From: an archaeon
GTDB lineage: Archaea > Nanobdellota > Nanobdellia > Woesearchaeales > GW2011-AR4
Direction of reading: 5' to 3'
Assembly (NCBI GenBank): GCA_002688925.1
Contig: NZEC01000018.1
Location: 59,131-123,130 of the forward strand
Length of the DNA: 64,000 bases
The notes beneath the pieces are model-generated. The model was not told where the DNA came from, did no database searches, and saw nothing but the letters and a program-made list of their open reading frames with translations. The translations under genes were made by a program, and so were the position numbers. Shown here in pieces: positions 29,604-39,309 of this stretch (position 1 is the stretch's first letter; each line of letters begins with the position of its first letter).

Positions 29604-29969
29604 TTATCTCATATGAGCTTCATGGGGTTTAGTATCATCCTTCCCAGAAGTTTCCTGTTTTTGCTCAGCAGATTCTGTATTTTCAGCTTTTTGCTCTGTT
29701 TCCGCATTACTTTGCTGTTGTTCAGTATTCTGAGATGATTGCTCAGAACTCTGTTGGCTATCAGTTTTAGGGACTCCTTCCTTTACATCTTTTTCTACCA
29801 ATATTTGCTTGACTTTTTCCTTGTCATCCTTTTCTCTTTCCCACTTTTTCCTTTTCCATTTTTCTTTTATTGTATCAATAAGGAGCCATAGCAAGAAAAT
29901 AATAACTAATGCCAGGACAATATATCCTATAACCATTGCAATATTGTTTATTATTATTAAAAATCCCAT
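29604..29969 (-). CDS. Hypothetical membrane-anchored protein with Q/E-rich tail
   Basis: N-terminal TM followed by a charged low-complexity tail. Confidence 0.35.
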   Translation of the reverse strand: MGFLIIINNIAMVIGYIVLALVIIFLLWLLIDTIKEKWKRKKWEREKDDKEKVKQILVEKDVKEGVPKTDSQQSSEQSSQNTEQQQSNAETEQKAENTESAEQKQETSGKDDTKPHEAHMR

Positions 29970-30084
29970 TTTTGCTGTTAAGCTCTTAGTAATTTAATGT
30001 TATTTAAAAATTTTTCTAAGCTATTATATAAAGGACAGAAACAAAGTTAATATTTAATACAATAAAAGAAGAGCAGATTGGTGT

Positions 30085-30912
30085 TTATGGGTTGTAAATC
30101 TTTTGTACTAACAAAGCATCTTCCTCAATATTAGGGCTTTCTGAGATTGCAACACCTTTGACCTTAAAGTCCTTTAATGCTTTGATTAGTTCTCTGTACT
30201 TTAGATCAGACTCTTTAAGGTTTAGATGATGTTTTTCTCCTTTTTCACCATATGCTATTCCGGTAAGATGGATATGCATGTTTTCCAACCCTTTTTTTCC
30301 TAATTTCTTTTCAATTGATTCCAGAATGCTGCAAAATTCCTTGTAAGAGTTGTTTTTTCCGTTTGATCTTGCATGCAGATGAGCAAAATCAACACACGGC
30401 ATTACATTGTCAATTTCTGCACTTAATTCCAGTATCTCGTCAATATTGCCGAACTGCGTTTCCTTGCCTGTTGTTTCCGGCCTTATCCAGATCTTATTTC
30501 CTTCCTCTTTCAGTTTTTCACTAATCTCTTTTATTGAGCTCTTTATCCTGTTAAATGCCTCTTCTTTAGTGCTTTTCTGGTAAAATCCTGCATGAAACGT
30601 TACAGACCAGGCTCCGCATAAGTTTGCTATTCTTGCAGAATTTAAAATCCTGGAAATGCTTGCCTTGAGCTTTTCCTTTTCAAGAGAATTTAAATTAATA
30701 AAATAAGGGGCATGGCAAGTCAATACTATTTTGTTTTCTTCTGCACTTTTCCTGACTTCAGGAGCTTTTTCCTTGCTTATGTTTACACTTCTAACAAATT
30801 CCAATTCCATTGCATCCAGATCCAGTTCTCTTACTCCATTAATGCCTTCTGCTGTAGTGCTGCCCTTGCTGCTAATGGGAATTCCTGCTGTGCCAAAAAG
30901 AAGTTTCTTCAT
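30085..30912 (-). CDS. nfo: Endonuclease IV (AP endonuclease, xylose-isomerase-like TIM barrel)
   Basis: LTCHAPYFINLNS matches the Nfo HAPYLINL motif. Length is 275 aa. Confidence 0.75.
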   Translation of the reverse strand: MKKLLFGTAGIPISSKGSTTAEGINGVRELDLDAMELEFVRSVNISKEKAPEVRKSAEENKIVLTCHAPYFINLNSLEKEKLKASISRILNSARIANLCGAWSVTFHAGFYQKSTKEEAFNRIKSSIKEISEKLKEEGNKIWIRPETTGKETQFGNIDEILELSAEIDNVMPCVDFAHLHARSNGKNNSYKEFCSILESIEKKLGKKGLENMHIHLTGIAYGEKGEKHHLNLKESDLKYRELIKALKDFKVKGVAISESPNIEEDALLVQKIYNP

Positions 30913-31066
30913 TTTTATCTATAAATAAAAATAAATCAAATATAAATCTTTCTTTACTTGGACTTAAAACTAAAATTTAATAATTCAAGATACTTTTACT
31001 ATAATCAAAACATTTATATAATTTAGAAAAGAGATAAAATAAATAAAAACTATAAGGGTGGTAAAT

Positions 31067-31297
31067 ATGAACGTAAAAGTATACAGCACAAAAACATGTC
31101 CATGGTGCCATAAAGTAAAGGAGTTTTTAACAGAAAAAAATGTAAAGTTCGACAACGTAGATGTTGGGGAAGACAAAGAAGCACACAAGGAAATGGTAGA
31201 TAAGTCAGACCAGATGGGAGTTCCTGTAACAGATATTGACGGGAAAATAATAGTGGGCTTTGACAAGGAACAATTAGAAAAAGCTCTTGCTGGTTAA
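31067..31297 (+). CDS. Glutaredoxin-like protein (CPWC)
   Basis: VYSTKTCPWCHKVKEFL active-site region. SD aagggtgg 5 nt upstream of ATG 31067. Confidence 0.6.
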   Translation: MNVKVYSTKTCPWCHKVKEFLTEKNVKFDNVDVGEDKEAHKEMVDKSDQMGVPVTDIDGKIIVGFDKEQLEKALAG

Positions 31298-31312
31298 ACA
31301 TTTTAATATGCT

Positions 31313-32908
31313 TTAACCTTTTTCTTCTTTCTTAACTTCAGCCTTTAATCTTCCTAATCCATACTCATTCATATCAACATATTTCATATACTCAGATAAA
31401 GCAGGATGGACTTCTTTTGTCTTAAGATACATTTGCTGCGCAATATGCCTATAAGTAGGATGGCCTTGCTCCACACTTCTTAACTCTGATATCCAATATA
31501 CTGACCTTAAATTCATCTTCATGTACCATCTTACTTTGTAAGCAAACGGCACAATATACTGGGATTCTTTAGGAAATTTATTGTAGATTTCTTTGTAAGC
31601 ATGCTCTGCTTTGCCCATAGCCTCTCTAAAATCATTTTCAAATCCAGCACTTTCTATTTCTTCAGGAACATAAAAGCCGTGCAAAGTTGTTAAGTTCTGC
31701 CTTTCTTGGGTTAACATCCTATGCCTCTGCAAATCTCTATAAGAGCCGAAATCCGTCAGAACATCAAAAGTATAATAACAGTTTTCAAAAGCCCTCGGCG
31801 GCTTATGCCTCCTATTCTGCCTTAAATCCAAAAAACTCAATAATTTCTTTTTCTCATCAATATTCATATCTTTTATTATCTGCCTTAATTGGGATAATGG
31901 TAATTTCGAATTTTCATACAATAAAGATGAAAGAACTTTTTCCTCAGCATCTTCATCATAATCAACAAGCTCTAATGCCTCTTTTTTTCCCACTTCAATT
32001 TCAGTAAGCCTTTTTGTCTCATCCAAAACAAAATTTGCTGTATTTTTTAAAAAATCAAAAGAACCCTTAAAGTGCTTATTATCCGGCCTGCACCTCCTAA
32101 CAAAAGATGGAATTACACTATTTAGTTCTGTCTGTACATTATCTGCTAAATTATTCATCTCACTTAAATTATCAGCCCTGAATCTTAATATTAAGTTTTC
32201 AAAAAATCTCCCATTCCCAAAAATTCCAAGATTAGTCAATGTTGATGCAGGTAATAATCCTCTTAAAGCATCGCATGCTCTTGCCCTTACAGAAAACTTG
32301 TATGCAATATCAGGAACATTTTCTTCCTGGGAAAATTTTTCCATTACAAATTTCTTCATCGGATCTATAAGATTAGCATAAGTATCAAACAAAAATCTAT
32401 TTGCTTGTAAATAAAGTTCTGCTAGCTCTGATTTCATAATTTTTGGCTCTTTGTAAAACTGATAATCATTATCTACTTTTTTATCGAAAAAAAGATATCT
32501 TGTAGATTTTTCCAAGGGAGAACCTCCTATCCTTGGATTTTCAAGCGCCTTGGAAGCCAGATTAGAAACGTTCTCGCACGCAAGATGTGCCCCACCTAAT
32601 TCACCAATAGAATCATCGCCATATCCATCCAAGATCCTGTCATAAAAATTCTGGGCTTTTTCAATTGCAAGAGCCTCATTTCCTGATTCTTTGCCAATAG
32701 TCACAATTTCCTTAAAAGCTCCCTCATCACTCAGAATAAATTCATCCAAAAGCAGCCTTCTTAAGCTTTTAGAAGAACGGGAATAACGGGAAAACAGAGC
32801 TCCTTTAATCACCTCTGGAAGATTCTTTAAAACAAAAACATCCCTATCAAGATTGCTTACAAACGGAATTAATGCCTTTTTTTCCTCTTCATTAAACTGC
32901 TCTATCAT
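31313..32908 (-). CDS. thyX: ThyX-like (flavin-dependent thymidylate synthase family) protein, unusually long with N-terminal extension
   Basis: C-terminal half carries ThyX-like blocks: ARACDALRGLLPASTLTNLGIFGNGRFFENLI, the RHR motif (YRDLQRHRM) and ELRSVEQGHPTYRHIAQQM. The N-terminal ~250 aa are unassigned. Confidence 0.4.
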   Translation of the reverse strand: MIEQFNEEEKKALIPFVSNLDRDVFVLKNLPEVIKGALFSRYSRSSKSLRRLLLDEFILSDEGAFKEIVTIGKESGNEALAIEKAQNFYDRILDGYGDDSIGELGGAHLACENVSNLASKALENPRIGGSPLEKSTRYLFFDKKVDNDYQFYKEPKIMKSELAELYLQANRFLFDTYANLIDPMKKFVMEKFSQEENVPDIAYKFSVRARACDALRGLLPASTLTNLGIFGNGRFFENLILRFRADNLSEMNNLADNVQTELNSVIPSFVRRCRPDNKHFKGSFDFLKNTANFVLDETKRLTEIEVGKKEALELVDYDEDAEEKVLSSLLYENSKLPLSQLRQIIKDMNIDEKKKLLSFLDLRQNRRHKPPRAFENCYYTFDVLTDFGSYRDLQRHRMLTQERQNLTTLHGFYVPEEIESAGFENDFREAMGKAEHAYKEIYNKFPKESQYIVPFAYKVRWYMKMNLRSVYWISELRSVEQGHPTYRHIAQQMYLKTKEVHPALSEYMKYVDMNEYGLGRLKAEVKKEEKG

Positions 32909-33020
32909 AAAACCCCATTAAAATTAATCTGGAAAATTTTAAATAGGTTTTGGTTTTAAAACCAAAGATTTATATAGTGATAAACATACTTTCAAGTAAG
33001 ATAATTAAAAACTATATGGA

Positions 33021-33080
33021 GGTAACCAACATGAAAGGCGGAGAAGGATGTGGTGGCGGTTGTGGAAAAACCGGCGATGA
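33021..33080 (+). CDS. Putative 19-aa Cys/Gly-rich peptide MKGGEGCGGGCGKTGDECC
   Basis: SD tggaggt 6 nt upstream. GC-rich codons inside an AT-rich genome. Five Cys in 19 residues. Confidence 0.3.
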   Translation, partial: GNQHERRRRMWWRLWKNRR

Positions 33081-33139
33081 ATGTTGCTAAATAGCAGCTA
33101 AACTTTTATTTTTTCTTATTTTTTTTAATTAATGATTAT

Positions 33140-33871
33140 TCAGATTTTTCTAGCAAAACTAATAAAGCCAGAATGCCCTATAGCCTGGCTTCTTGGCCTT
33201 ACTTTCCTTTCATCAATTTCCCATTCTCTTTCAATGATCTCAGAAGTCTTCAGATAAACAAAATCCTCATGCTTTCTTATAGTATTGACAAAATCCATTA
33301 TTTGAGGTATGGATGGGCTGTAAGATATTAAAAAGCCTCCAACCTTTAAGGCATTTTTTGCGCTTTCGGCTGCTTTCCATGGCTCCGGCAGGTCTAAAAC
33401 AACCAAATCCACGTTTTTTTCATCAATGCCATCATAAATATTCTTATTCCTGACTTTTACATTTTTCAGGCCTAAATAACCGATATTATGCTCCACTATC
33501 TTCACAAAATCTTCCCTTATCTCGTAACTGATGACTTCTTTGGCAATATTTGCCAGAAAACAAGCCAAAGCTCCTGAGCCAGATCCTGCATCCACAACTA
33601 CACTTTTGTTATTAATCGCAGTTTCAGATACAATTAACCCAATATCCTTCAAAGGAATTATCTGAGCGCCCCTTTTTATTCTCTTATACAAATCAATAAA
33701 AGAAGAATCAAAAACAGTAAATTTCTTTCCTGTGTTTGAAACTACTTTTATTCCGGATTTAGCTTTTTTTATGTCCTCTTTCTTAAAATAGCCAAATTGA
33801 GTATGCAAATCCTTATCATTATCATTAACCAGAAATTTCCTTCCAATCTTATTCATTAGTATTTTAGCCAT
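33140..33871 (-). CDS. trmI: tRNA (adenine-N1)-methyltransferase TrmI/Gcd14 family
   Basis: VVDAGSGSGALACFLA SAM-binding motif. The DLPEPW motif is diagnostic of TrmI. Confidence 0.7.
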   Translation of the reverse strand: MAKILMNKIGRKFLVNDNDKDLHTQFGYFKKEDIKKAKSGIKVVSNTGKKFTVFDSSFIDLYKRIKRGAQIIPLKDIGLIVSETAINNKSVVVDAGSGSGALACFLANIAKEVISYEIREDFVKIVEHNIGYLGLKNVKVRNKNIYDGIDEKNVDLVVLDLPEPWKAAESAKNALKVGGFLISYSPSIPQIMDFVNTIRKHEDFVYLKTSEIIEREWEIDERKVRPRSQAIGHSGFISFARKI

Positions 33872-34126
33872 TTTTATCTAAGAATTAGAACTAAATTTAA
33901 AAACATTTTTATATTGGGCTTAAGATAATAAGAACGAGGTGAGAATATTGGCCAAACAAAAAGACAAGAAAAAGAAAAGCAAAAAACCGGTTAAAAAACA
34001 GTCAAAATCAAAGAAACCGAATGTATGCGAGTTTTGCTGATTAATTTACATTATTTTCATTAGCAATTTAGAAATATAGTTAAATCTAACTTCCATTTAG
34101 AAAAATAAAAATAATAAAAGAAATAC

Positions 34127-34333
34127 TTATTTCTTCTTTTTTGCCGGCTTATCATTGCATCCGCAACCATCAGGCTTAATCAGTATTAAAAGGCCTTTAA
34201 TTGCAAATAAAGAACCTAGCACTACCCATATATCCCATGTTGTATAGAGCCTTACCAAGATTAAGATTGCTCCAAAAACAATCAGCTTCAATGCACAACA
34301 TTTTCTACACAAACCTTCATTACTTCCACCCAT
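34127..34333 (-). CDS. Small membrane protein (68 aa) with CxxCC and CGC motifs
   Basis: Two TM helices. Lys-rich C-terminus. Confidence 0.3.
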   Translation of the reverse strand: MGGSNEGLCRKCCALKLIVFGAILILVRLYTTWDIWVVLGSLFAIKGLLILIKPDGCGCNDKPAKKKK

Positions 34334-34433
34334 TAAAAAACACCTCCTTTTTTGATATTATTATGGTTTTTTGATATTATTGTTTAAAAACTTTTGGATA
34401 ATAAAGAGGTTGGTGTGAAAATAAGTGCTTGCG

Positions 34434-34468
34434 CGTAAATTACCAAATTGATAAGCTCCGCAGGATGT
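34434..34468. repeat. 35-bp exact inverted duplicate (copy A) inside a hairpin-bounded intergenic element (~34434-34527)
   Basis: agtgcttgcgcgtaaattaccaaattgataagctc is identical to the reverse complement of 39820-39854. It is flanked by arms gtgcttgcgcg / cgcacaagcac that can pair. An internal hairpin gcaacgtatagcgttgc is also present. Confidence 0.6.
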
Positions 34469-34578
34469 GTTATATGACCTGAGCAACGTATAGCGTTGCG
34501 AAGTTGAGAGTCCCTCTAAGACCCCGCACAAGCACGAATTGGATTTTTGCACTAACCTCAATAATAAAAGATAATGAA

Positions 34579-34679
34579 CGGGCCAGGGGGGATTCGAACC
34601 CACGACCTACAGCTTAGAAGGCTTTAGCGGTCAAATTTATGGTTTGACAGTCGCTCTGTCCAAGCTGAGCTACTGGCCC
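34579..34679 (-). tRNA. tRNA gene with ~26-nt intron (isotype uncertain; a CTTCTAA loop suggests possible Arg-UCU)
   Basis: Perfect 7-bp acceptor stem (GGGCCAG/CTGGCCC) and canonical D-arm (TAGCTCAGCTTGGACAGAGCG). The GGTTCGAATCC T-loop shows one U-C mismatch in its stem. Total length 101 nt. Confidence 0.5.
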
Positions 34680-34743
34680 ATTGCTCAATGTAAGAGATTT
34701 GATTATTTATTTATAAATCTTTCAGAATTTAAACCAATTTAAT

Positions 34744-34908
34744 TTACTGCTGCACATTAGCGTCATCCCAGTCAGAAGCCCGCATAGAACATTGTTTTTT
34801 GTTTTCCCAGAAATAAAAGCAATCTGCTCCAAATTTTTCATGTATAACGCAGTCTGAACAGCATGGTGCTGCAATTCTAGCCCCTGGTGGAGTTATTTTT
34901 CCTGCCAT
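34744..34908 (-). CDS. Small Cys-rich protein (54 aa)
   Basis: MAGKITPPGARIAAPCCSDCVIHEKFGADCFYFWENKKQCSMRASDWDDANVQQ. Lies immediately upstream of the topo VI A gene on the same strand. Confidence 0.35.
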   Translation of the reverse strand: MAGKITPPGARIAAPCCSDCVIHEKFGADCFYFWENKKQCSMRASDWDDANVQQ

Positions 34909-34940
34909 TTTAATATTAAGAATAAGCTAGTATAAAAATT

Positions 34941-36038
34941 TTATGGTAAAAATTTTTCCGGATGCTTTATCTTCTGAGGCAAATATTTTTCTATAACATA
35001 GTTAAGTCCCCATTTTGCCAATGCCTGCTGCTCTGCCCTGACTTTCATGCTTTGCAGCTGTTTTAATGCCTTTTGCCATTCCTTATGGTGCAGTATAAAA
35101 GGATCATTCTTTAGTAAATCTTTGATTTTTTTTAGGTCAACGTCTTTTAGCGGATGAGATGGAAGTTTATAATCAACAATATCCTGTGGTGTTATTCCCA
35201 GAAATTTTGCCTTTGGAACGCAAAAATATTCGTTTATATGCGCTGCATTACCAGAGCCAACTTTTAATGTCCTGTAGATTGATCCAATGCCGTAAGGATC
35301 TCCATCAACAAATACATACACTGGAAGTTTTTTTGTATCGCTTAATCTCCTGATAAACCTCCTTAAGGCTCTAGTTGGAACTCCGCCCATTGAAATCAAT
35401 ATGCAATTTGATTTTTTCCAGTAATTATGCTTAACTAATCTCTGGAACATACCTGCGGTCTCTATTGCCAGGATAAATTTAGCATTAGTGTCAAATTTCA
35501 GGTGCTCAACAGATGTTGGGATTGAATATGCTCCTGAGCCGAATTTAGTGCAATCGATTTTTATCTCTTTTCCGGTGTCAGGATCCTTGTCAACAACAAT
35601 CAGCTTTCCTGCAACTTCCCCTCCTTTTTCTTCTGGAATAAATCCCATCTGCTCACGATTGACCATCATCATTGCTTCAACATCTTCCATCACCGTATCG
35701 GATTCCGGCTGTTCCTTAAAAGCAGCTTCTGCCCAGTTCTTGGAAATATAATACATCTCTCTTTTTGTTGTAATATCATCATTTTGAATAACTGATTTTG
35801 CGTGAGCCATCATTCTCAGAGTCTGGGCAAATGTCTTGATTGTAGCAGCAGTTAAAGTCCTTTCTTTCATCTTTCCAAGCAGCTCAAAAAAGCCGTCTTT
35901 TGGATCATACTTTACATTGCTTAATGCCCTTAAAGGCATCTTTAATTCAGGAGCTCTTTTCTTTTTTATTCTGGTATAAACATCATTGCCTATATTTTGA
36001 ATTTCATTTAACGCTACATTGCTTTTTGTTTTTTTCAT
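34941..36038 (-). CDS. top6A: DNA topoisomerase VI subunit A (Spo11-like)
   Basis: Toprim region YVFVDGDPYGIGSIYRTLK. Length and overall similarity fit Top6A. Confidence 0.85.
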   Translation of the reverse strand: MKKTKSNVALNEIQNIGNDVYTRIKKKRAPELKMPLRALSNVKYDPKDGFFELLGKMKERTLTAATIKTFAQTLRMMAHAKSVIQNDDITTKREMYYISKNWAEAAFKEQPESDTVMEDVEAMMMVNREQMGFIPEEKGGEVAGKLIVVDKDPDTGKEIKIDCTKFGSGAYSIPTSVEHLKFDTNAKFILAIETAGMFQRLVKHNYWKKSNCILISMGGVPTRALRRFIRRLSDTKKLPVYVFVDGDPYGIGSIYRTLKVGSGNAAHINEYFCVPKAKFLGITPQDIVDYKLPSHPLKDVDLKKIKDLLKNDPFILHHKEWQKALKQLQSMKVRAEQQALAKWGLNYVIEKYLPQKIKHPEKFLP

Positions 36039-36157
36039 TTTGTTATTATTTCATTAGTTGTATTTTATTGTGTATTTTTATTTTAATGTTTTTTAATCAT
36101 TTTTTGCGATTTCTTAATTGGATTTTTTGTTATTGGAACTTTTTTATTGGCTTTATT

Positions 36158-37852
36158 TTATTTCTCTTTTGATTCATTCTTTTCTTCTTGATCATCTTCC
36201 TTTTCTTCTTTTCCAATATTAGCAAACTCCTCATCATATTCCAAGTTTTTTGCCTCAACCTGTTCTAATTTTCCCCTTTTCTTTTCTAAAATTTCTGCTA
36301 AGAGTTTTTCTACTTTCTTTTCCTCACTATCATTAAAGTTAACTAAATCTTTTAGTGCTTCTCCAACATGAGGAATAAACATTTGTATGTAATCCCTCTT
36401 TTTGCTTTCAAACTGCACTCTTCTTTTCTTTCCGACATAGCTTGCAAGCTTTCTCCCTACTTCCTGCAAAGCCAGCTTAATTTCCTTTATAATTTCAGGA
36501 TAATGTGCTATAGCTTCTTTGCTTTCAGAAGTAAATGGAACCCATACAGAAGCTATATGTAAAGCAAGAGTTATTGGCCCTATAGGCAATGCCCCTCTGC
36601 TCTGGCTTAACCCGTAATTTCTCCATGCAGTGTTGATAACAGACCTTGTAATCGCGCATGCGCCCTGCTGGTATTGCAACGGCACCCTATTGGCATACCT
36701 AAACAGTTTCATAGATTCTTCTGAATTTTGCTTGCCGCCATAAGCAATCCCTGCCTCAATAATAAATGGATTGCCCCTGTAAACAGATGGTGGCCTTTTT
36801 GTTGCGCAGTAAAACTCAGCATCAATCTCTTTCTTAAGCCCTTTCTCAAGCAATTCCTCTCCAATCGGGCTTATGCAGTCTACAGGTGGGGAAATTATCT
36901 TTGTTTTTTTAATGCCTTCAATCAGCTTCTCTGTCATCTCTCTTGTAATATTCCTGGGCTTTGTATTTGTAAGCAGTGCTGCGTTTTCACAGATTTGCTT
37001 TGCAGTTCCCGAGCCTACTCTGGAAAACTCATTTGTTAAAAAGCTCTGCAGGGTCCTTGTTTCAGTAAGCTTAAGCATTGACATCAAAACTCCAAGCTCA
37101 ACGCCATACGGATGTGGTTTAATCTCAATAGGCTTTTTGGGCATCTTGTCAGAAGCTCTTGGGAATATTATCGGCTCTGCCTTTGGATTTGTGTATATTA
37201 TTGTAACATGCGGATTTACAATTGCAGTTTGTTTTAAATATTGGTCAATACTTTGGTCTCCTTTCTGGTAGCTTCCTTCAAGATCAAGCTCAATCCTTGT
37301 TCCGTGGTCTTTATTCCAGGTTTTTGTCTCATCTTTAATTATATCTGGTTTATTTTTATGGGTATCAATATGCAATTCATAATAGTGTGCATCATGTTTT
37401 TTCCCAATTTTAGAAGTTATCCTAGCAGGGTTTCCTGTTGTAAGCTGCGCATACAAAACAGATGCTGAAATGCCAATGCCCTGCTGCCCTCTGCTTTGGG
37501 AAAGCTTGAAAAATTTGCTTCCATACAATAGCTTTGCAAAAATATTTGGGATCTGCTTTTTTACAATACCGGGGCCATTATCCTCTACAATAACCCTGAA
37601 CCTGTTGTTCTGCATATCAATTACTTCAACATTTATTTCAGGCAGCACATTTCCCTCTTCACATGCATCCAAAGAATTATCCACAGCTTCCTTTATTGTT
37701 GTTAACAATGATTTCCTCGGATTATCAAATCCCAAAAGATGCCTGTTTTTCTCGAAAAAGCTGGCTACAGAAATCTCCTGCTGCTTTTTTGCAAGCTCTA
37801 TTGCAATAGGCACATTAAGCTCATTGTCTTTTAAATCCTTATTTTTTTCCAT
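36158..37852 (-). CDS. top6B: DNA topoisomerase VI subunit B (GHKL ATPase)
   Basis: Bergerat-fold motifs ([17 protein letters not shown]). 564 aa. Adjacent to top6A. Confidence 0.85.
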   Translation of the reverse strand: MEKNKDLKDNELNVPIAIELAKKQQEISVASFFEKNRHLLGFDNPRKSLLTTIKEAVDNSLDACEEGNVLPEINVEVIDMQNNRFRVIVEDNGPGIVKKQIPNIFAKLLYGSKFFKLSQSRGQQGIGISASVLYAQLTTGNPARITSKIGKKHDAHYYELHIDTHKNKPDIIKDETKTWNKDHGTRIELDLEGSYQKGDQSIDQYLKQTAIVNPHVTIIYTNPKAEPIIFPRASDKMPKKPIEIKPHPYGVELGVLMSMLKLTETRTLQSFLTNEFSRVGSGTAKQICENAALLTNTKPRNITREMTEKLIEGIKKTKIISPPVDCISPIGEELLEKGLKKEIDAEFYCATKRPPSVYRGNPFIIEAGIAYGGKQNSEESMKLFRYANRVPLQYQQGACAITRSVINTAWRNYGLSQSRGALPIGPITLALHIASVWVPFTSESKEAIAHYPEIIKEIKLALQEVGRKLASYVGKKRRVQFESKKRDYIQMFIPHVGEALKDLVNFNDSEEKKVEKLLAEILEKKRGKLEQVEAKNLEYDEEFANIGKEEKEDDQEEKNESKEK

Positions 37853-38028
37853 TTTCTGAAATTTTGAAATTTAGGTTGTTTATAAATTTAGTTATTTTGT
37901 GGACTAAATGTAAAACATCAGATTAAGCTTAAATAATAGGATTAGAACCACAATATAAAGATGTTGTTGGGAGAATTGAAAGAGACATCTTTCTGCCGAC
38001 AATTGAATATAACATACTATAAAACGAA

Positions 38029-38598
38029 TCAACTCATATCAATTATCCTTTTCCGCTTTAATTCCCTTCTTCTTTTCTCAAGCCATTTCCAGACACTTGC
38101 ATGGGTGCTTCCTCCTAAGAGAGCAGCTATGGCTCGCTTTGCCATTGTAGCTGATTCAGGCAGCCCAATTATGCCGATAGTTTTTCCAAAAACACAGATG
38201 TATGACTCAGTCAATTCCTCGATTAATTTCCTTGATTTTCCATCCCTACCTATCACTCTTCCTTTGAGCCTCAGCAACGTATTTTTTGATTTTCCAACAT
38301 ATTCAGTCATATGTATGATTTCCAGAACATAATCCTGCTTTAGTAAAAGCTTTGCAATATCAGGATTAAAGCCTCGCCCAATAGCCTTGATTACCTCTCT
38401 TGCTGTATACAATCCCAAAGCATCTTCTCCTGAGATAAATATATCCCCTTCCGCAGAATCTACATTGATTGTGGTTTTTGTATCTGCTTCAATGCCTTTT
38501 TTAATATCGCCGTTTTTGCCTATCAATACAGCTACACGTTCCTGAGGTATCTTTAATTCATATGAAAAATCTTCTGTCATTATATACTGGAATTTCAT
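38029..38598 (-). CDS. KH-domain RNA-binding protein (archaeal Dim2/Pno1-like)
   Basis: Two KH GxxG cores (VLIGKNGDIKKGIE and VIGRDGKSRKLIEELT). Confidence 0.6.
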   Translation of the reverse strand: MKFQYIMTEDFSYELKIPQERVAVLIGKNGDIKKGIEADTKTTINVDSAEGDIFISGEDALGLYTAREVIKAIGRGFNPDIAKLLLKQDYVLEIIHMTEYVGKSKNTLLRLKGRVIGRDGKSRKLIEELTESYICVFGKTIGIIGLPESATMAKRAIAALLGGSTHASVWKWLEKRRRELKRKRIIDMS

Positions 38599-38624
38599 TG
38601 TATTTTTTAAACGTTTTCATAAGC

Positions 38625-38639
38625 TTTATATATAAAAAT
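38625..38639 (+). promoter_or_regulatory. TATA-box-like element upstream of tRNA gene
   Basis: tttatatataaaaat lies ~20-30 nt upstream of the tRNA 5' end at 38657. Confidence 0.35.
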
Positions 38640-38656
38640 AGATTGCTTTAGTATAT

Positions 38657-38786
38657 GCCGCGGTCGCATAGTCTGGCCATTGCGGAGACAAAAGCCGTAA
38701 GATTGCTAAGACTATTTTTCCCTAGGATTGGGTCGTATTGATCCTCTGTCCGTAAGGGCACGGGAGTTCAAATCTCCCCCGTGGCG
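38657..38786 (+). tRNA. Putative tRNA with long/non-canonical intron(s) (130 nt; isotype unresolved)
   Basis: Acceptor stem GCCGCGG/CCGTGGC (one G-U), GGGAGTTCAAATCTCCC T-arm, D-loop with GG. Followed by a T7 run. The anticodon arm could not be folded by eye. Confidence 0.4.
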
Positions 38787-38793
38787 TTTTTTT
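38787..38793 (+). terminator. Poly-T archaeal terminator after tRNA
   Basis: ttttttt follows immediately after the discriminator base. Confidence 0.4.
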
Positions 38794-38805
38794 AATATAA
38801 ATAAA

Positions 38806-39186
38806 ATGGCATCAGCATCAGACCTAAAAAAAGGAAGTTACTTTATCCATAACAATGAGCCAGTAAGAGTTATCAGAAAAGAAGTTGTTGTTTATGGAAC
38901 TCATTCTCACAGCAAATTAAAGCTATTTATACAGGGATTGACAGAAAAAGGAGAAAGAAACATCAATCTGCATCATACTGATAAAGTGGATATAGTTGAA
39001 ATAATAAGAAAAGTTGGCCAGGTTATCTCAAAAAATGATAAAGTGCAGATAATGGATAATGTAAGTTACGAGACTTTAGATGCAAATGCCCCTGAAGAAA
39101 TTTTAAATGAGCTTAATGAAGGGGATTTAGTCACTTTTGTAGATTTTAACGGAAACGTCCAGATTATTGATAAAAGGGAAAGTTAG
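38806..39186 (+). CDS. eif5a: Translation initiation factor 5A (aIF-5A)
   Basis: DLKKGSYFIHNNEPVRVI SH3-like N-domain and VVVYGTHSHSKLKLF loop (hypusine-loop region), then a C-terminal OB domain. 126 aa. The ORF upstream of M at 38806 overlaps the tRNA. Confidence 0.65.
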   Translation: MASASDLKKGSYFIHNNEPVRVIRKEVVVYGTHSHSKLKLFIQGLTEKGERNINLHHTDKVDIVEIIRKVGQVISKNDKVQIMDNVSYETLDANAPEEILNELNEGDLVTFVDFNGNVQIIDKRES

Positions 39187-39234
39187 TCTAGTAGTAATGT
39201 TTTTAAAGCCGCCTTAATTCTTAAACATTACAAT

Positions 39235-39309
39235 AGCGAGGTAGGGCAGTCAGGAGTGCCCGGAGGGCTCATAACCCTCAGGTCGGAGGTTCAAATCCTC
39301 TCCTCGCTA
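39235..39309 (+). tRNA. tRNA-Met (CAT), initiator-type (A1:U72)
   Basis: AGCGAGG/CCTCGCT acceptor with A1-U72. D-stem GGGC/GCCC. Anticodon stem GAGGG/CCCTC with loop CTCATAA. T-arm GGAGGTTCAAATCCTCT. Confidence 0.8.

Noticed and set aside
33951-34041. 30-aa lysine-rich peptide ending CEFC (TTG start after gaggtga)
   Set aside because: Only a non-ATG start and very low complexity. It may be a real micro-protein, but evidence is insufficient.
34361-34603. 80-aa minus-strand ORF overlapping the intergenic hairpin element and tRNA
   Set aside because: It spans a structured repeat and the 3' part of a tRNA gene. It has no SD and an unlikely composition.
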